Shown: piece by piece, positions 19,319-29,359 of the stretch
How positions within the stretch are numbered: the first letter of the stretch is position 1
How the letters are laid out: each line of letters opens with the position of its first letter
Program-made: the position numbers and the translations under genes
Notes under the pieces: generated by a model
Database searches by the model: none
What the model saw: the letters and a program-made list of their open reading frames with translations, nothing else
Told to the model about the DNA's origin: nothing
Source of the DNA: Candidatus Peregrinibacteria bacterium CG10_big_fil_rev_8_21_14_0_10_42_8
GTDB lineage: Bacteria > Patescibacteriota > Gracilibacteria > Peribacterales > Peribacteraceae
Length of the DNA: 40,824 nucleotides
Direction of reading: 5' to 3'
NCBI GenBank assembly: GCA_002772815.1
Contig: PFDQ01000022.1
Coordinates: forward strand, 1-40,824

Positions 19319-22300
19319 ATGGATACAGGGAATAGCACTGGCTCATCTGGAGCCCGAAAGGGCGAAGGAGAGGCTTTTTCCATAAATTCCGATGCTATAA
19401 AGACTATCCTTCTTCTTGGATCTGGTGCATTGAAGATTGGAGAGGCAGGAGAATTTGACTACTCTGGAAGCCAAGCAATTAAGGCATTCAAAGAAGAAGG
19501 GAAACGAGTCATTCTGATCAATCCAAATATTGCAACAAACCAAACAAGTTGGGGGCTTGCAGATAAAGTATACTTCGAACCAGTTACACCAAATTTTGTA
19601 GAACGCATTATTGAAAAGGAAAACCCAGATGCTATTGCACTGAGCTTTGGAGGCCAAACTGCACTGAACTGTGGAGTCGCACTTGAAGAAAGTGGCGTCC
19701 TAGAAAAGCACAACGTAGCTGTTCTTGGAACAAGTGTACATAGTATCAACCTTACAGAGGACAGAGCTGCATTTAATGCAGAGCTTAAATCTATCAATGT
19801 TGATGTCCCAAAAAGCTTTGCCTGCGAGAGCATGGATGAAACTCTTAAGGCTGGAAAAGAGATCGGGTATCCTGTGATTATCCGAGCTGCATTTGCCCTT
19901 GGAGGAAAAGGAAGTGGCCGTGCGATGAACGAAGCAGAGCTTATTGATATTTGTAAGGTTGCATTCGTAGAATCACATCAAGTTCTTGTTGAAGAAGACC
20001 TTACTGGATGGAAAGAGATTGAGTACGAAGTAGTACGCGATGCATACGATAACTGTATTACAGTCTGTAATATGGAAAACGTTGACCCTCTTGGTATCCA
20101 TACTGGAGAGTCTATCGTTGTTGCTCCTAGCCAAACCCTCGACAACAACGAGTATCAAATGCTTCGAAATATTGCCTTAAAAGTTATTCGACATCTACAG
20201 ATTGTTGGTGAATGCAATATTCAATATGCACTTGACCCAAAGTCCCGTAAGTACCGAGTTATCGAAGTCAACGCACGTCTGAGTAGAAGTTCTGCACTTG
20301 CATCGAAGGCAACAGGGTACCCTCTCGCATTTGTTGCGGCAAAACTAGCACTTGGCTACAGCCTTCCAGAGCTACGCAACGCAATTACGGAAATAACAAG
20401 TGCAGATTTCGAGCCTTCACTGGATTACGTTGCAGTAAAAGTTCCTCGTTGGGATCTGCAGAAATTCCGTTTTGTTTCAGATAAAGTAACAAGTGAAATG
20501 AAATCTGTTGGAGAGGTCATGGCACTTGGCCGCACATTCGAGGAGGCAATGCAGAAAGCAATGCGAATGCTTAATATTGGCTCTCAGGGATTATTCCCTC
20601 AGACTATTCCTTTTGATGATATTGATGCAGAAGTAAAGAGGCCGACTCCAAGGCGCATCTTTGCTGTTGCGGAAGCCTTGCGTGAAAAGTGGACTCCAGA
20701 GCAGATTAATATCGCAACAGGTATAGATATGTGGTTTCTCGAACGCATTCGCCATGCTGCTCTTATTCAAAATGAACTTGAAACTCATGGAAAAATGCCA
20801 AGTGTAGAACTCTTACGTCGAGCTAAGAAAGCAGGGTTCTCTGATGAGGGTATCGCATACAGCATAGAAGAAAATGCAGAAGCTGTTCGAACATTTCGCA
20901 AGCAAGAAGGTATTGTTCCATATATAAAACAGGTCGATACACTTGCAGGTGAATTCCCTGCTCATACCAATTACCTCTACCTCACATACCATGGTACTGA
21001 GCACGACATTGCATTTGATACTACAGACAAAAGAGCACTTGTACTTGGTGGTGGGCCATACTCCATTGGTTCATCTGTAGAGTTTGATTGGTGCTGTGTT
21101 CAGGCAACGCACGAGATGCAAAAGCAAGGATACTCTGTTGCTATGATTAACAGTAACCCAGAGACAGTAAGTACAGATTACGATGAATGCAATGCTCTGT
21201 TCTTTGATGAGCTCAATGAAGAACGTGTTCGAGATATCATCGATCAGATACATCCAGAAGGTGTTGTCGTTTCGATGGGGGGACAGATTCCAAACAATCT
21301 TGCTCCAAAACTTGCCACTGCAGGGATTCCTATCTTTGGAACATCTCCAAAAAATATTGATAACGCTGAAGATAGACATAAGTTTAGTTCTCTTCTTGAT
21401 GAGCATACTATCGACCAACCAGAATGGCAGGAGTTCACAGAACTCGAAGATGCATTGGCATTCTCGGAAAGCGTCGGCTATCCAGTTATTGTGCGTCCTA
21501 GCTATGTACTCTCTGGAGCATCGATGGCAGTTGTTCATTCTGATGAAGACCTCTCTGCATATGTTGAGCAGTCTGCATTCGTAAATAAAGAAGCACCGAT
21601 TGTTGTGTCGAAATTTGAGCAAGGTGCAAAAGAAATAGAATTTGATGGTGTTGCCCAAAACGGAAAGCTTCTTATTTATGCAATTTCAGAACACATTGAA
21701 AATGCAGGTGTTCACTCTGGTGATGCCACTATTGTGCTCCCACCACAACGTATCAACCTTGAAACAGTTCGTAGAGTAAAAGCAATTGCAAAGGAGATTG
21801 GATCTGCTCTTGAAATCTCTGGGCCATACAACATTCAATTCCTTGCAAAGAACAACAAACTTAAAGTTATTGAGTGTAACCTCCGTGCTAGCCGTAGTTT
21901 TCCTTTTGCTAGTAAAGTTACTGGTGAAAACTTTATCACCATTGCTACACAGGCTCTTATTGGAAAAGCAGATACCGACAAGCAGTATCAAACACTAGAT
22001 CTTGACCATGTAGGTGTAAAAGCAGCTCAGTTTAGCTTTAGCAGACTCAAAGGTGCAGACCCTCGATTGGGCGTTGAAATGGCAAGTACAGGCGAAGTTG
22101 CATGTTTTGGAAATAATGCAGAACAAGCGTTACTTACTGCAATGCTCGCCGTTGGGTTCAAGATTCCTAAGAAGAACATCTTAATCACTATTGGGCGTAT
22201 AGAAGATAAAGTGGATATGCTAAGCAATATTCAAGACCTTCACCAAAGAGACTATAAATTCTTTGCAACAAAGCGGACACATGAATTCCTTGAGTCTCGC

Positions 22301-22585
22301 GGTATTCCTTGTGCGATGCTTCATAAAGTCTCTGAACCACGGGACCCAAATATCAGAGAATACCTTGAAAAGAAGAGAATAGACCTCGTTATCAATATTC
22401 CAACACATTCCAGAGGTACGGAACAGACAGATGGCTACTTTATCCGTCGACTTGCAACTGATAATGGCATTCCCCTCATTACGAACGTTCAGCTTGCAAA
22501 ACGCATAATAGAGGCTATTTGTAGAGAGGATGTCGATAATCTGCCAATTCTAGCGTGGCCAAATCTACTCAATCATAAGGCATAA
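19319..22585 (+). CDS. carB: Carbamoyl-phosphate synthase large subunit
   Basis: GEFDYSGSQA, IEVNARLSRSSALASKATGYP, second ATP-grasp (RPSYVLSG, GVHSGD), C-terminal MGS domain. carA is not in this window. Confidence 0.98.
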   Translation: MDTGNSTGSSGARKGEGEAFSINSDAIKTILLLGSGALKIGEAGEFDYSGSQAIKAFKEEGKRVILINPNIATNQTSWGLADKVYFEPVTPNFVERIIEKENPDAIALSFGGQTALNCGVALEESGVLEKHNVAVLGTSVHSINLTEDRAAFNAELKSINVDVPKSFACESMDETLKAGKEIGYPVIIRAAFALGGKGSGRAMNEAELIDICKVAFVESHQVLVEEDLTGWKEIEYEVVRDAYDNCITVCNMENVDPLGIHTGESIVVAPSQTLDNNEYQMLRNIALKVIRHLQIVGECNIQYALDPKSRKYRVIEVNARLSRSSALASKATGYPLAFVAAKLALGYSLPELRNAITEITSADFEPSLDYVAVKVPRWDLQKFRFVSDKVTSEMKSVGEVMALGRTFEEAMQKAMRMLNIGSQGLFPQTIPFDDIDAEVKRPTPRRIFAVAEALREKWTPEQINIATGIDMWFLERIRHAALIQNELETHGKMPSVELLRRAKKAGFSDEGIAYSIEENAEAVRTFRKQEGIVPYIKQVDTLAGEFPAHTNYLYLTYHGTEHDIAFDTTDKRALVLGGGPYSIGSSVEFDWCCVQATHEMQKQGYSVAMINSNPETVSTDYDECNALFFDELNEERVRDIIDQIHPEGVVVSMGGQIPNNLAPKLATAGIPIFGTSPKNIDNAEDRHKFSSLLDEHTIDQPEWQEFTELEDALAFSESVGYPVIVRPSYVLSGASMAVVHSDEDLSAYVEQSAFVNKEAPIVVSKFEQGAKEIEFDGVAQNGKLLIYAISEHIENAGVHSGDATIVLPPQRINLETVRRVKAIAKEIGSALEISGPYNIQFLAKNNKLKVIECNLRASRSFPFASKVTGENFITIATQALIGKADTDKQYQTLDLDHVGVKAAQFSFSRLKGADPRLGVEMASTGEVACFGNNAEQALLTAMLAVGFKIPKKNILITIGRIEDKVDMLSNIQDLHQRDYKFFATKRTHEFLESRGIPCAMLHKVSEPRDPNIREYLEKKRIDLVINIPTHSRGTEQTDGYFIRRLATDNGIPLITNVQLAKRIIEAICREDVDNLPILAWPNLLNHKA
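19342..19372 (+). repeat. REP-like palindrome within the carB 5' extension
   Basis: CTCATCT-GGA-GCCC-GAAA-GGGC-GA-AGGAGAG: imperfect stem, internal loop and GNRA hairpin. Only one copy noticed in this window. Confidence 0.35.
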
Positions 22586-22598
22586 AGAGGGATTTTTA

Positions 22599-22627
22599 TT
22601 GCCTGATTGGGCCTAATTTCCTATGCT
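22599..22627 (+). promoter_or_regulatory. Sigma70-type promoter of greA
   Basis: TTGCCT, 17-nt spacer, TATGCT. Confidence 0.5.
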
Positions 22628-22650
22628 TACACGGATTTTAGCCCTTACCA

Positions 22651-23172
22651 ATGTTTTCCATGGCCAAAAAAGATGATGATGCAGTAATTATCGAAGAGGA
22701 TCAGACACTTGTTACAAAAGAAGGTTTGAAAAAACTTCAAGATGAACTTGAGAATTTAAAGACAGTTCGTCGAAAAGAAGTTGCAGACCGATTGAAAGAA
22801 GCGATCTCCTATGGAGACCTTTCAGAAAACTCTGAATACCAAGAAGCAAAGAATGAGCAAGCCTTTACTGAAGGACGCATCATGGAAGTTGAGCAAATGA
22901 TCAAGAGTGCAAAAATCATCTCTGATAAAAAATCAACAACAGGTGGTGACCTTATCCAGATTGGAAAAACAGTTACTATTAAAAATAAAACTGATGGTGA
23001 TGATCCTGTTGCATACATGATTGTTGGTTCAACAGAAGCAAACCCTCATGAAAATAAGATTAGTAATGAGTCTCCTGTTGGAAAGGCTCTCCTTGGTAAA
23101 AAGAAGGGTGACATTGTGGATGTTCAGACCCCTGCTGGTCCATACAAATACGAGGTGATCAAAGTAGCATAA
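22651..23172 (+). CDS. greA: Transcription elongation factor GreA
   Basis: GDLSENSEY, ISNESPVGKALLG. ATG 22660 is an alternative start. Confidence 0.96.
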   Translation: MFSMAKKDDDAVIIEEDQTLVTKEGLKKLQDELENLKTVRRKEVADRLKEAISYGDLSENSEYQEAKNEQAFTEGRIMEVEQMIKSAKIISDKKSTTGGDLIQIGKTVTIKNKTDGDDPVAYMIVGSTEANPHENKISNESPVGKALLGKKKGDIVDVQTPAGPYKYEVIKVA

Positions 23173-23191
23173 TAGTGCTATAATACTCGTA

Positions 23192-23560
23192 ATGACTTCT
23201 GCAGAACTTACTATTTCAGATGAAACGAAACAAACGTTCCCAGAACTTGTGGAAATGATTGTTTCATCTGAAAGCATGAATAATGAAGAGCGTCAGTATT
23301 GGATAAATATCTTGCCAATAATGACACCTGAACAAATGAAGAACCTTCATGACATTCTAACAAATGAAAAGGTTCAACTCGCTGCAATTGATAAAAAATA
23401 TGCAAAAAAACTCACTCCTGAAGAACAATCTGAGCATATTAAAAACACCGAACTGAATATGCAAAAAAAGAGAGAGGAACGAAAAAGACGAGAAGAAAAT
23501 TTTGAATCAAAAGATGAAATAGTCTCTGAAGATCTTCTTAAGAAAATTGAAGATCTCTAA
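23192..23560 (+). CDS. Hypothetical helical/coiled-coil protein
   Basis: 122 aa, SESMNNEERQYWINILP motif, charged C-terminal helix; extended -10 TGCTATAAT 7 nt upstream. Confidence 0.75.
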   Translation: MTSAELTISDETKQTFPELVEMIVSSESMNNEERQYWINILPIMTPEQMKNLHDILTNEKVQLAAIDKKYAKKLTPEEQSEHIKNTELNMQKKREERKRREENFESKDEIVSEDLLKKIEDL

Positions 23561-24517
23561 TTAGCACGTACACATAATGCAACTATCTATGAGGGCAGTT
23601 ATTTCATCTGTTGCATCAACTGTTGATCTATACCCTCCTGTTTTTAACGCAATATCTGCGTCTGTGAAGCGATCGACTATTGATGCAAGTCTTGCTGAAT
23701 CCATCTTCTTTGCGAGAGGAACTAGTGTTCGCGCTGTTGGAAAAGGGACTCCTGCGGTTTTTGCTATTGATGCAGGATGTGAGTCTCCATCCTGTACACA
23801 CGCAGTAACGAGCACAAGTTGAGCGATAATCCATGTCATTCTACTCCATAAACCATACGGGCTTTCTCCTCTGTTCATAAGTTCTCTAGCGAATGTAAGT
23901 GCCCCATGAGAATTACCAGCAGCCATTAAATCCATGAGCTTCCATCCTGCTTGCTCTGCGCTAAGCATTACCAAAAGATTAATGTCATCTCGTGAAATCT
24001 CTCTTCCATATGCATATGTAGCAATCTTCTGTATTTCTGAAAATAGTAACATTTGATCTTCTCCAACATGATCAATCAAAAACTGGATTTCAGATCTCCT
24101 AATCCGGGCACCAAAATACGCTGCGGTTTCTTCCACCCAACTGGCAAGCTTCGCACCATGGATAACAGGAAATGTCTTCACCTCTGCTTTAACGAGTATC
24201 TCTTTTGTAGCACTGAGACGCTTGTCTGGTTTTGATTCCACAATCAATAGAATAACTGCAGGATGAATAACATTATCAATCTGTTTCATATGTTCCTTTT
24301 CCATCTTTGGAATACCATCAAGGACTACTAGTCTCTTTTCTGCAATAAATGGTGATGTAGCCAATGCATCCAGTAGTGCAGATACTTTCAGGCCTTTTGC
24401 CTGCAACTTCATAATATTTTCATCACCAAATTTCTCTGTAAAATTATTAATCCATCGTTTTTGTTCTTCCGCTATTTGGTAAAGGTTTTCGCCAGTTAAT
24501 AAGAATATCTGAGACAT
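23561..24517 (-). CDS. holA: DNA polymerase III delta subunit
   Basis: LLTGEN start, PFIAEKRLVV clamp-binding motif, PDKR, EIQKI, C-terminal DIALKTG. Confidence 0.92.
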   Translation of the reverse strand: MSQIFLLTGENLYQIAEEQKRWINNFTEKFGDENIMKLQAKGLKVSALLDALATSPFIAEKRLVVLDGIPKMEKEHMKQIDNVIHPAVILLIVESKPDKRLSATKEILVKAEVKTFPVIHGAKLASWVEETAAYFGARIRRSEIQFLIDHVGEDQMLLFSEIQKIATYAYGREISRDDINLLVMLSAEQAGWKLMDLMAAGNSHGALTFARELMNRGESPYGLWSRMTWIIAQLVLVTACVQDGDSHPASIAKTAGVPFPTARTLVPLAKKMDSARLASIVDRFTDADIALKTGGYRSTVDATDEITALIDSCIMCTC

Positions 24518-24625
24518 AGAGGTTATGAGTGTATCATATCAGTATTATACTTAGAACATATTATTATTTCTTTGCAACTTATCCACTCTCGTAGAAAAGT
24601 CTATTTTGAGCTATAATAATACGAT

Positions 24626-24952
24626 ATGTACATCAAATACCCACACTACATTCGAAGGAATATTCAGCTTCTGAGCCTTAGCACATTGTGCCTCGTAAGC
24701 TCCTTCGTCATCGGCCTTCACACTGCAGGCAATGTACAACCCATTCATCTTATTGAAGCAGGGGGTACGATGCAGGCTGGAGATATGGATGGTAACGGTA
24801 CTGTAGATATTGCTGATGCAATTCTCATTCTTGAGATTGCGCAGGGATACGCACCTGCAAGTCCAGACCAGCTTCTTGCTGATCCAAACTCTGATGGTGC
24901 TCTTACAGTAGACGATGCTATTCGGATTCTCTCCATCCTTTCTTTGCAGTAA
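24626..24952 (+). CDS. Stand-alone dockerin with N-terminal signal/TM segment
   Basis: Two Ca-binding loop-helix repeats GDMDGNGTVDIADAILIL and ADPNSDGALTVDDAIRIL; no other domain. Confidence 0.85.
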   Translation: MYIKYPHYIRRNIQLLSLSTLCLVSSFVIGLHTAGNVQPIHLIEAGGTMQAGDMDGNGTVDIADAILILEIAQGYAPASPDQLLADPNSDGALTVDDAIRILSILSLQ

Positions 24953-24963
24953 TCATTATTCTT

Positions 24964-26502
24964 ATGAAGAGAAATACATACCAGCATTGGCTCGGGCTCT
25001 GCCTCTACACTATTGCAATACTCTGTACTGCACTACCGCAGCAATCATTTGCTACCACAATGGATGCGACATTTGAGTTTTACCCTCATTGTGACCTTCG
25101 AACAGGTGATGAAAAAGAAGATGACACATGGGCTCTTGGTCCTATCCCTAGTCCTGGCATCGTTGCAGATACTGGTGAGGGTCGGAAAAGTATTACCTGT
25201 ACTGAATTTGATATTCATGACCCCCAGACACTAAAGACTCGCCCTCTCCGTGAAGGAGACATTCTTGATATCGATATCGTCATTGAAAATCCATCAGAAC
25301 AGGAGATCTCTCGTGCGCGTGCATGGCTCTCATATGATCCTGATGTTTTGCGTGGTGATAGCATTGAAATACACTCTGCATTTCCTGTCATAACACCAGG
25401 CGAAAGTGTCTTTTCAAATGATGAAGGATACGCAAAAATGGGCGCAAGTTCTGACGAGAAAGAGCCTAAAACAAAAAATGTGATGTTTGCACGACTTCAA
25501 TTTACCGTCCTTAATACCAATGTAGGCAAGACACCAATTACATTCCATGATCCTCAACTCGATGGACACACTGTGATTATGGCTAAAGATGGCTCTGAAG
25601 ATTCATACATTCTCGAAAATGATCCTGGAGTACTTCTTGTTGTCTTTGCAGAAGATTCAGAATCTTCAATACAAGAAGAGGAAACATCTTCAACAGAAGA
25701 TACAACTGATGTTAATCCATTTAATGGTCTACCAATGCCAGAAAATTCTTGTATTAGTAATGCAGATTGCTCATCAGATATTTGTATAAATGGCATGTGT
25801 GCTGAATCGAACAGCAAACTTCCAAATGGCGATAGCTGTATTACAGATAATCAATGTGAAAGCGGTCTTTGTGGAAGCGGTATCTGTATCCCTAGCCTTT
25901 CAGATCAACAAGAGCTAGAACAAAATTCAGTGCAAAATATACCGGAAGACGTACCAACTGACACTCCTCATTCAAATCCTACTCCATCTGAAACAGGTAG
26001 GACTGCTTTTTCACTACTTCAGATTCAAAATGTCCGTGCCACAACAGATGGTAGTGCAATCTTCCTATCATGGAATCCTCTGAATTCTAATCAGATGAAA
26101 GGATACAATGTCTATTATGGAACAACATCAGGACGCTATATCCAACGAAAGACAATTGATAAATCAGAAAATACTATTACGATTCGATCTCTTTCTGTTG
26201 GAACTGAATATTTCTTAGCAGTAAGAGCACTCAGTACCTCTAATGAAGAAAGTGCATTCTCTCAAGAGGTATCTGTGGTTGTTGGGCAGCCAGAATCCTC
26301 TAGTGCACCTCTTGTTCTTGGCTCTATCCTCAATAACAACTCACCACGAACACCTATTCTTCCAGGTGATACATCTGTCGTTCCTGGAGAAACAGGGATT
26401 CCTTCACTACTCCTTCTAGCAGTGATCATTGCTGCTGTCATTGGAACAGCATTTGCTTCTCGAAGACAATTTGCTGTCACTCCGTTTAATCCTCATGCCT
26501 AA
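24964..26502 (+). CDS. Cohesin-like + Cys-rich + FN3 surface protein with sortase-type sorting signal
   Basis: Signal peptide; cohesin-like beta-sandwich (LSYDPDVL, FARLQFTVL); two four-Cys repeats; FN3 (LSW...GYNVYYG...YFLAVRA); VPGETG, TM, then RR tail. Confidence 0.8.
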   Translation: MKRNTYQHWLGLCLYTIAILCTALPQQSFATTMDATFEFYPHCDLRTGDEKEDDTWALGPIPSPGIVADTGEGRKSITCTEFDIHDPQTLKTRPLREGDILDIDIVIENPSEQEISRARAWLSYDPDVLRGDSIEIHSAFPVITPGESVFSNDEGYAKMGASSDEKEPKTKNVMFARLQFTVLNTNVGKTPITFHDPQLDGHTVIMAKDGSEDSYILENDPGVLLVVFAEDSESSIQEEETSSTEDTTDVNPFNGLPMPENSCISNADCSSDICINGMCAESNSKLPNGDSCITDNQCESGLCGSGICIPSLSDQQELEQNSVQNIPEDVPTDTPHSNPTPSETGRTAFSLLQIQNVRATTDGSAIFLSWNPLNSNQMKGYNVYYGTTSGRYIQRKTIDKSENTITIRSLSVGTEYFLAVRALSTSNEESAFSQEVSVVVGQPESSSAPLVLGSILNNNSPRTPILPGDTSVVPGETGIPSLLLLAVIIAAVIGTAFASRRQFAVTPFNPHA

Positions 26503-27382
26503 TCTTCATCCTCATTGGGAATCTGATGGAACAGAAATCCCTGTTCATACTCGGGAGGAAAAACAAGACTCTCATACGATGCCACGTAATGCAAAAGCAG
26601 TCTCACGGCAGCCTGCTGCCATTGTGGGCATGATTACAGTTATGGCATTTGGATACCTCTTTTTTCAAGGTGTCGAATCTCTTACTGGGCAGGTTGCTGG
26701 AAATTCAAGAATAAAAACCGTCACTATTACCGAAAATGGACTTGATCCTGCCATTCTTGAAATTGAGCATGGTGATACTATTACATGGACAAATACCCAA
26801 GCTATTCCTCATATCATAGAATCAACAAGTCTCTGTAGTGACACAGGATACTGTCTACAAACAAAAACCTTATTCCAAGGAGAAAGCGATAATTTTACGA
26901 TCACTCTGGATATCCCAGCAGGATCATACGACTATACCTCAGCAACATCGAGTGATATACAAGGAACCATTATTATCACAACAACGCCAGCTGATGACTT
27001 CCAAGATATCACATCACTTCTTGATAACAGCATTTTTGGAAATACACCAATAGATAATGCACCTTTACAGCCAAATGCACCAATTCCCACTGCAGTTCCA
27101 GAGGCTGCTGGAATCACAAATACAAGTATTCCACGAAACCCATACACTGCAGACAGTACACGTATCCATCCGTTTGATAGCAAAGGAAACCCAATAGAAT
27201 CTGCATTTGGAGATATTCCAAATACGCAAACAGCATCAGTACCACGAGTAAACACCAATGGACGAGGACCTATATCACAACCTCAAACAGGAGCTGGTGG
27301 TACGCTATTTATTCTTCTTGGAAGCATTATTGTTTTATGGATTGTCACAAAGCAGTGCTTTGAGAAAACGTATCACTTTTAA
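26495..27382 (+). CDS. Cupredoxin-fold surface protein with QPQTG sorting signal
   Basis: Start MPNLHPHW overlaps the upstream stop (ATGCCTAA); N-terminal TM; cupredoxin pattern (GDTITWTN...PH...GSYDY) lacking the Cys/His/Met copper loop; Pro/Thr-rich stalk; QPQTG plus TM. Confidence 0.75.
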   Translation: MPNLHPHWESDGTEIPVHTREEKQDSHTMPRNAKAVSRQPAAIVGMITVMAFGYLFFQGVESLTGQVAGNSRIKTVTITENGLDPAILEIEHGDTITWTNTQAIPHIIESTSLCSDTGYCLQTKTLFQGESDNFTITLDIPAGSYDYTSATSSDIQGTIIITTTPADDFQDITSLLDNSIFGNTPIDNAPLQPNAPIPTAVPEAAGITNTSIPRNPYTADSTRIHPFDSKGNPIESAFGDIPNTQTASVPRVNTNGRGPISQPQTGAGGTLFILLGSIIVLWIVTKQCFEKTYHF

Positions 27383-28524
27383 GAGTCATTTTGTACAACA
27401 GTGCAAACATTGTTAATACACTGTGCAGAATTTGGTAAACAACTTGCACAGAGTGTTGGCTCTTCTGTGCTACATTGCTCTACATACTGAATCACTTCAG
27501 ATGTAATATTAAGTAACTTATTTTTCGTTACAGCCTTCCCACACGTGAGGTACGGGCTACACCCCCTTGCAAAAATGGTACAATCTTCGTTTTTTTCGCA
27601 TGCTACATTTTTATCAAACAAGATATCAAGACTTCTCTTTTTTTGCTGACACGCAGTAAGACCTCCTTCACAATCGTCAGGACATGAACCTCTTCGAAGT
27701 AACTCTGGTCCACTATCACTAAACGTATACTCATCAGACTCCCCTTCTTCACAAAGTCCATTGCCACACACTGGCCCTCCTAAAGCGCAATCTTGTGGAC
27801 AGTACATGCTAGTTCCGGTTCTATCTGGAAATGCTGTTTCCCCATCTTCACATGTTCCATTTCCACAAATAGTTGTTGCAGCCCTTGGGATACACACGCC
27901 AGCGCATGCCTGAATACACACTGCTCCCTGTGGACATGGGTAACGGCAGTCCCCTTGCTCCACAGAGCACACCTCACTTGTTTGGCATTCTGCACTTGAG
28001 AAACATTTCTTCTGTGTACATGCCCTTTCGGTACATGCGATACCTGCCTCTGTACACGAACAAATATTACATCCATCTGGTGCTGGATATCTGTCTCCTA
28101 TTTTGTATCCACCGCTACAATGAATTTCCTCCTGACAATCAAGTGTACAACCATCCCCATTTAATGTATTTCCATCGTCACACTCTTCACCTACCTGCAC
28201 AACATTATCCCCACAAGAGCCAAGTCCCATTTGGTCTCGTATTTGTGCTATTTGATTCCTCATAAGGTTAATTGTCTGCTGATCATATCTATCAAGAATG
28301 ACTGCAACTTGTCCACGTGTTACATAATCATGAGGTCCAAACCTTCCTGTGTCATATCCAGTAATTGTCCCCTTTTTCGCAAATCGATTAACAGAATCAA
28401 AGAAATAATCATTGGGAAGCACATCTGGAAACATCAATCCTCCAAACTGCTGAGCTACTACCGTACCTGAAAGCATAATAACCATACCCGCAAAGAACGT
28501 GACGGTGAGTTTTGACGTATTCAT
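27379..28524 (-). CDS. SLH-anchored cysteine-rich protein
   Basis: Signal peptide, one SLH (FPDV...ITGY...FGP...VTRGQ), Myxococcus-type Cys repeat CGDNVVQVGEECDDGN, pacifastin-like CNICSC...CTERAC, two CGNG-x-CE repeats; about 36 Cys. Confidence 0.82.
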   Translation of the reverse strand: MNTSKLTVTFFAGMVIMLSGTVVAQQFGGLMFPDVLPNDYFFDSVNRFAKKGTITGYDTGRFGPHDYVTRGQVAVILDRYDQQTINLMRNQIAQIRDQMGLGSCGDNVVQVGEECDDGNTLNGDGCTLDCQEEIHCSGGYKIGDRYPAPDGCNICSCTEAGIACTERACTQKKCFSSAECQTSEVCSVEQGDCRYPCPQGAVCIQACAGVCIPRAATTICGNGTCEDGETAFPDRTGTSMYCPQDCALGGPVCGNGLCEEGESDEYTFSDSGPELLRRGSCPDDCEGGLTACQQKKRSLDILFDKNVACEKNEDCTIFARGCSPYLTCGKAVTKNKLLNITSEVIQYVEQCSTEEPTLCASCLPNSAQCINNVCTVVQNDS

Positions 28525-28599
28525 GTTGTGCAGTGTACATCAGCATAACCCGTATGATAGATTGCGAAAATAGACTTTCAGTGTACACTTATAGTTAGT

Positions 28600-29349
28600 A
28601 TGCCATTAGATAAAGAAATGCAGCAACGGCTTGCGGAGCACAGGAAAGAAGAACGACATGGATCAAAACTTGGCCCGTTCATTCAAGATATTGTCTATGG
28701 TGGAAACGATGGTATTGTCACAACATTTGCTGTTGTTGCAGGAACAGTTGGTGCAAGCCTTCCAGATTATGTTGTTATTATTCTTGGTCTTGCAAACTTG
28801 ATTGCTGATGGTACTTCTATGGGAACTGGAGCATATCTATCTATTAAATCTGAGACTGACCATTACGAACGGCTACGAAAAGAGGAAATCGCGGAAATTA
28901 ATGAGATTCCTGATATTGAAAAAGCTGAGGTTCGTATTGCCTATGCTGAAAAAGGATTTTCTGGAAAAGATCTCGATACTGTCGTGGATATCATCACGAG
29001 CAATAAAGATGTCTGGGCAGATACTATGATGGCTGAAGAACACGGTATGATTCGAAATTCTGATGGTCACCCTGTTATTCATGGAACAATGACCTTTATC
29101 AGCTTTCTGATATTTGGATCTATCCCCCTTCTCCCTTACCTGCTGGGCCTAGATCAAAACAGTAGATTTAGCATCGCGATATGGTCCACATTTGCTGCTC
29201 TATTCATACTAGGTCTAACACGAAGCATTGTTACGAAAGAGCGTATATTCCGCGGTCCGTTTGAGATTATCGCAGTTGGAGCACTTGGAGCTTTTGTTGC
29301 TTATGGTATTGGCGTCCTTTTACGCGACATAGCAAACGTTGCACTGTAG
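28600..29349 (+). CDS. VIT1/CCC1 family Fe/Mn transporter
   Basis: [43 protein letters not shown]. Confidence 0.93.
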   Translation: MPLDKEMQQRLAEHRKEERHGSKLGPFIQDIVYGGNDGIVTTFAVVAGTVGASLPDYVVIILGLANLIADGTSMGTGAYLSIKSETDHYERLRKEEIAEINEIPDIEKAEVRIAYAEKGFSGKDLDTVVDIITSNKDVWADTMMAEEHGMIRNSDGHPVIHGTMTFISFLIFGSIPLLPYLLGLDQNSRFSIAIWSTFAALFILGLTRSIVTKERIFRGPFEIIAVGALGAFVAYGIGVLLRDIANVAL

Positions 29350-29359
29350 TATAGAATAT

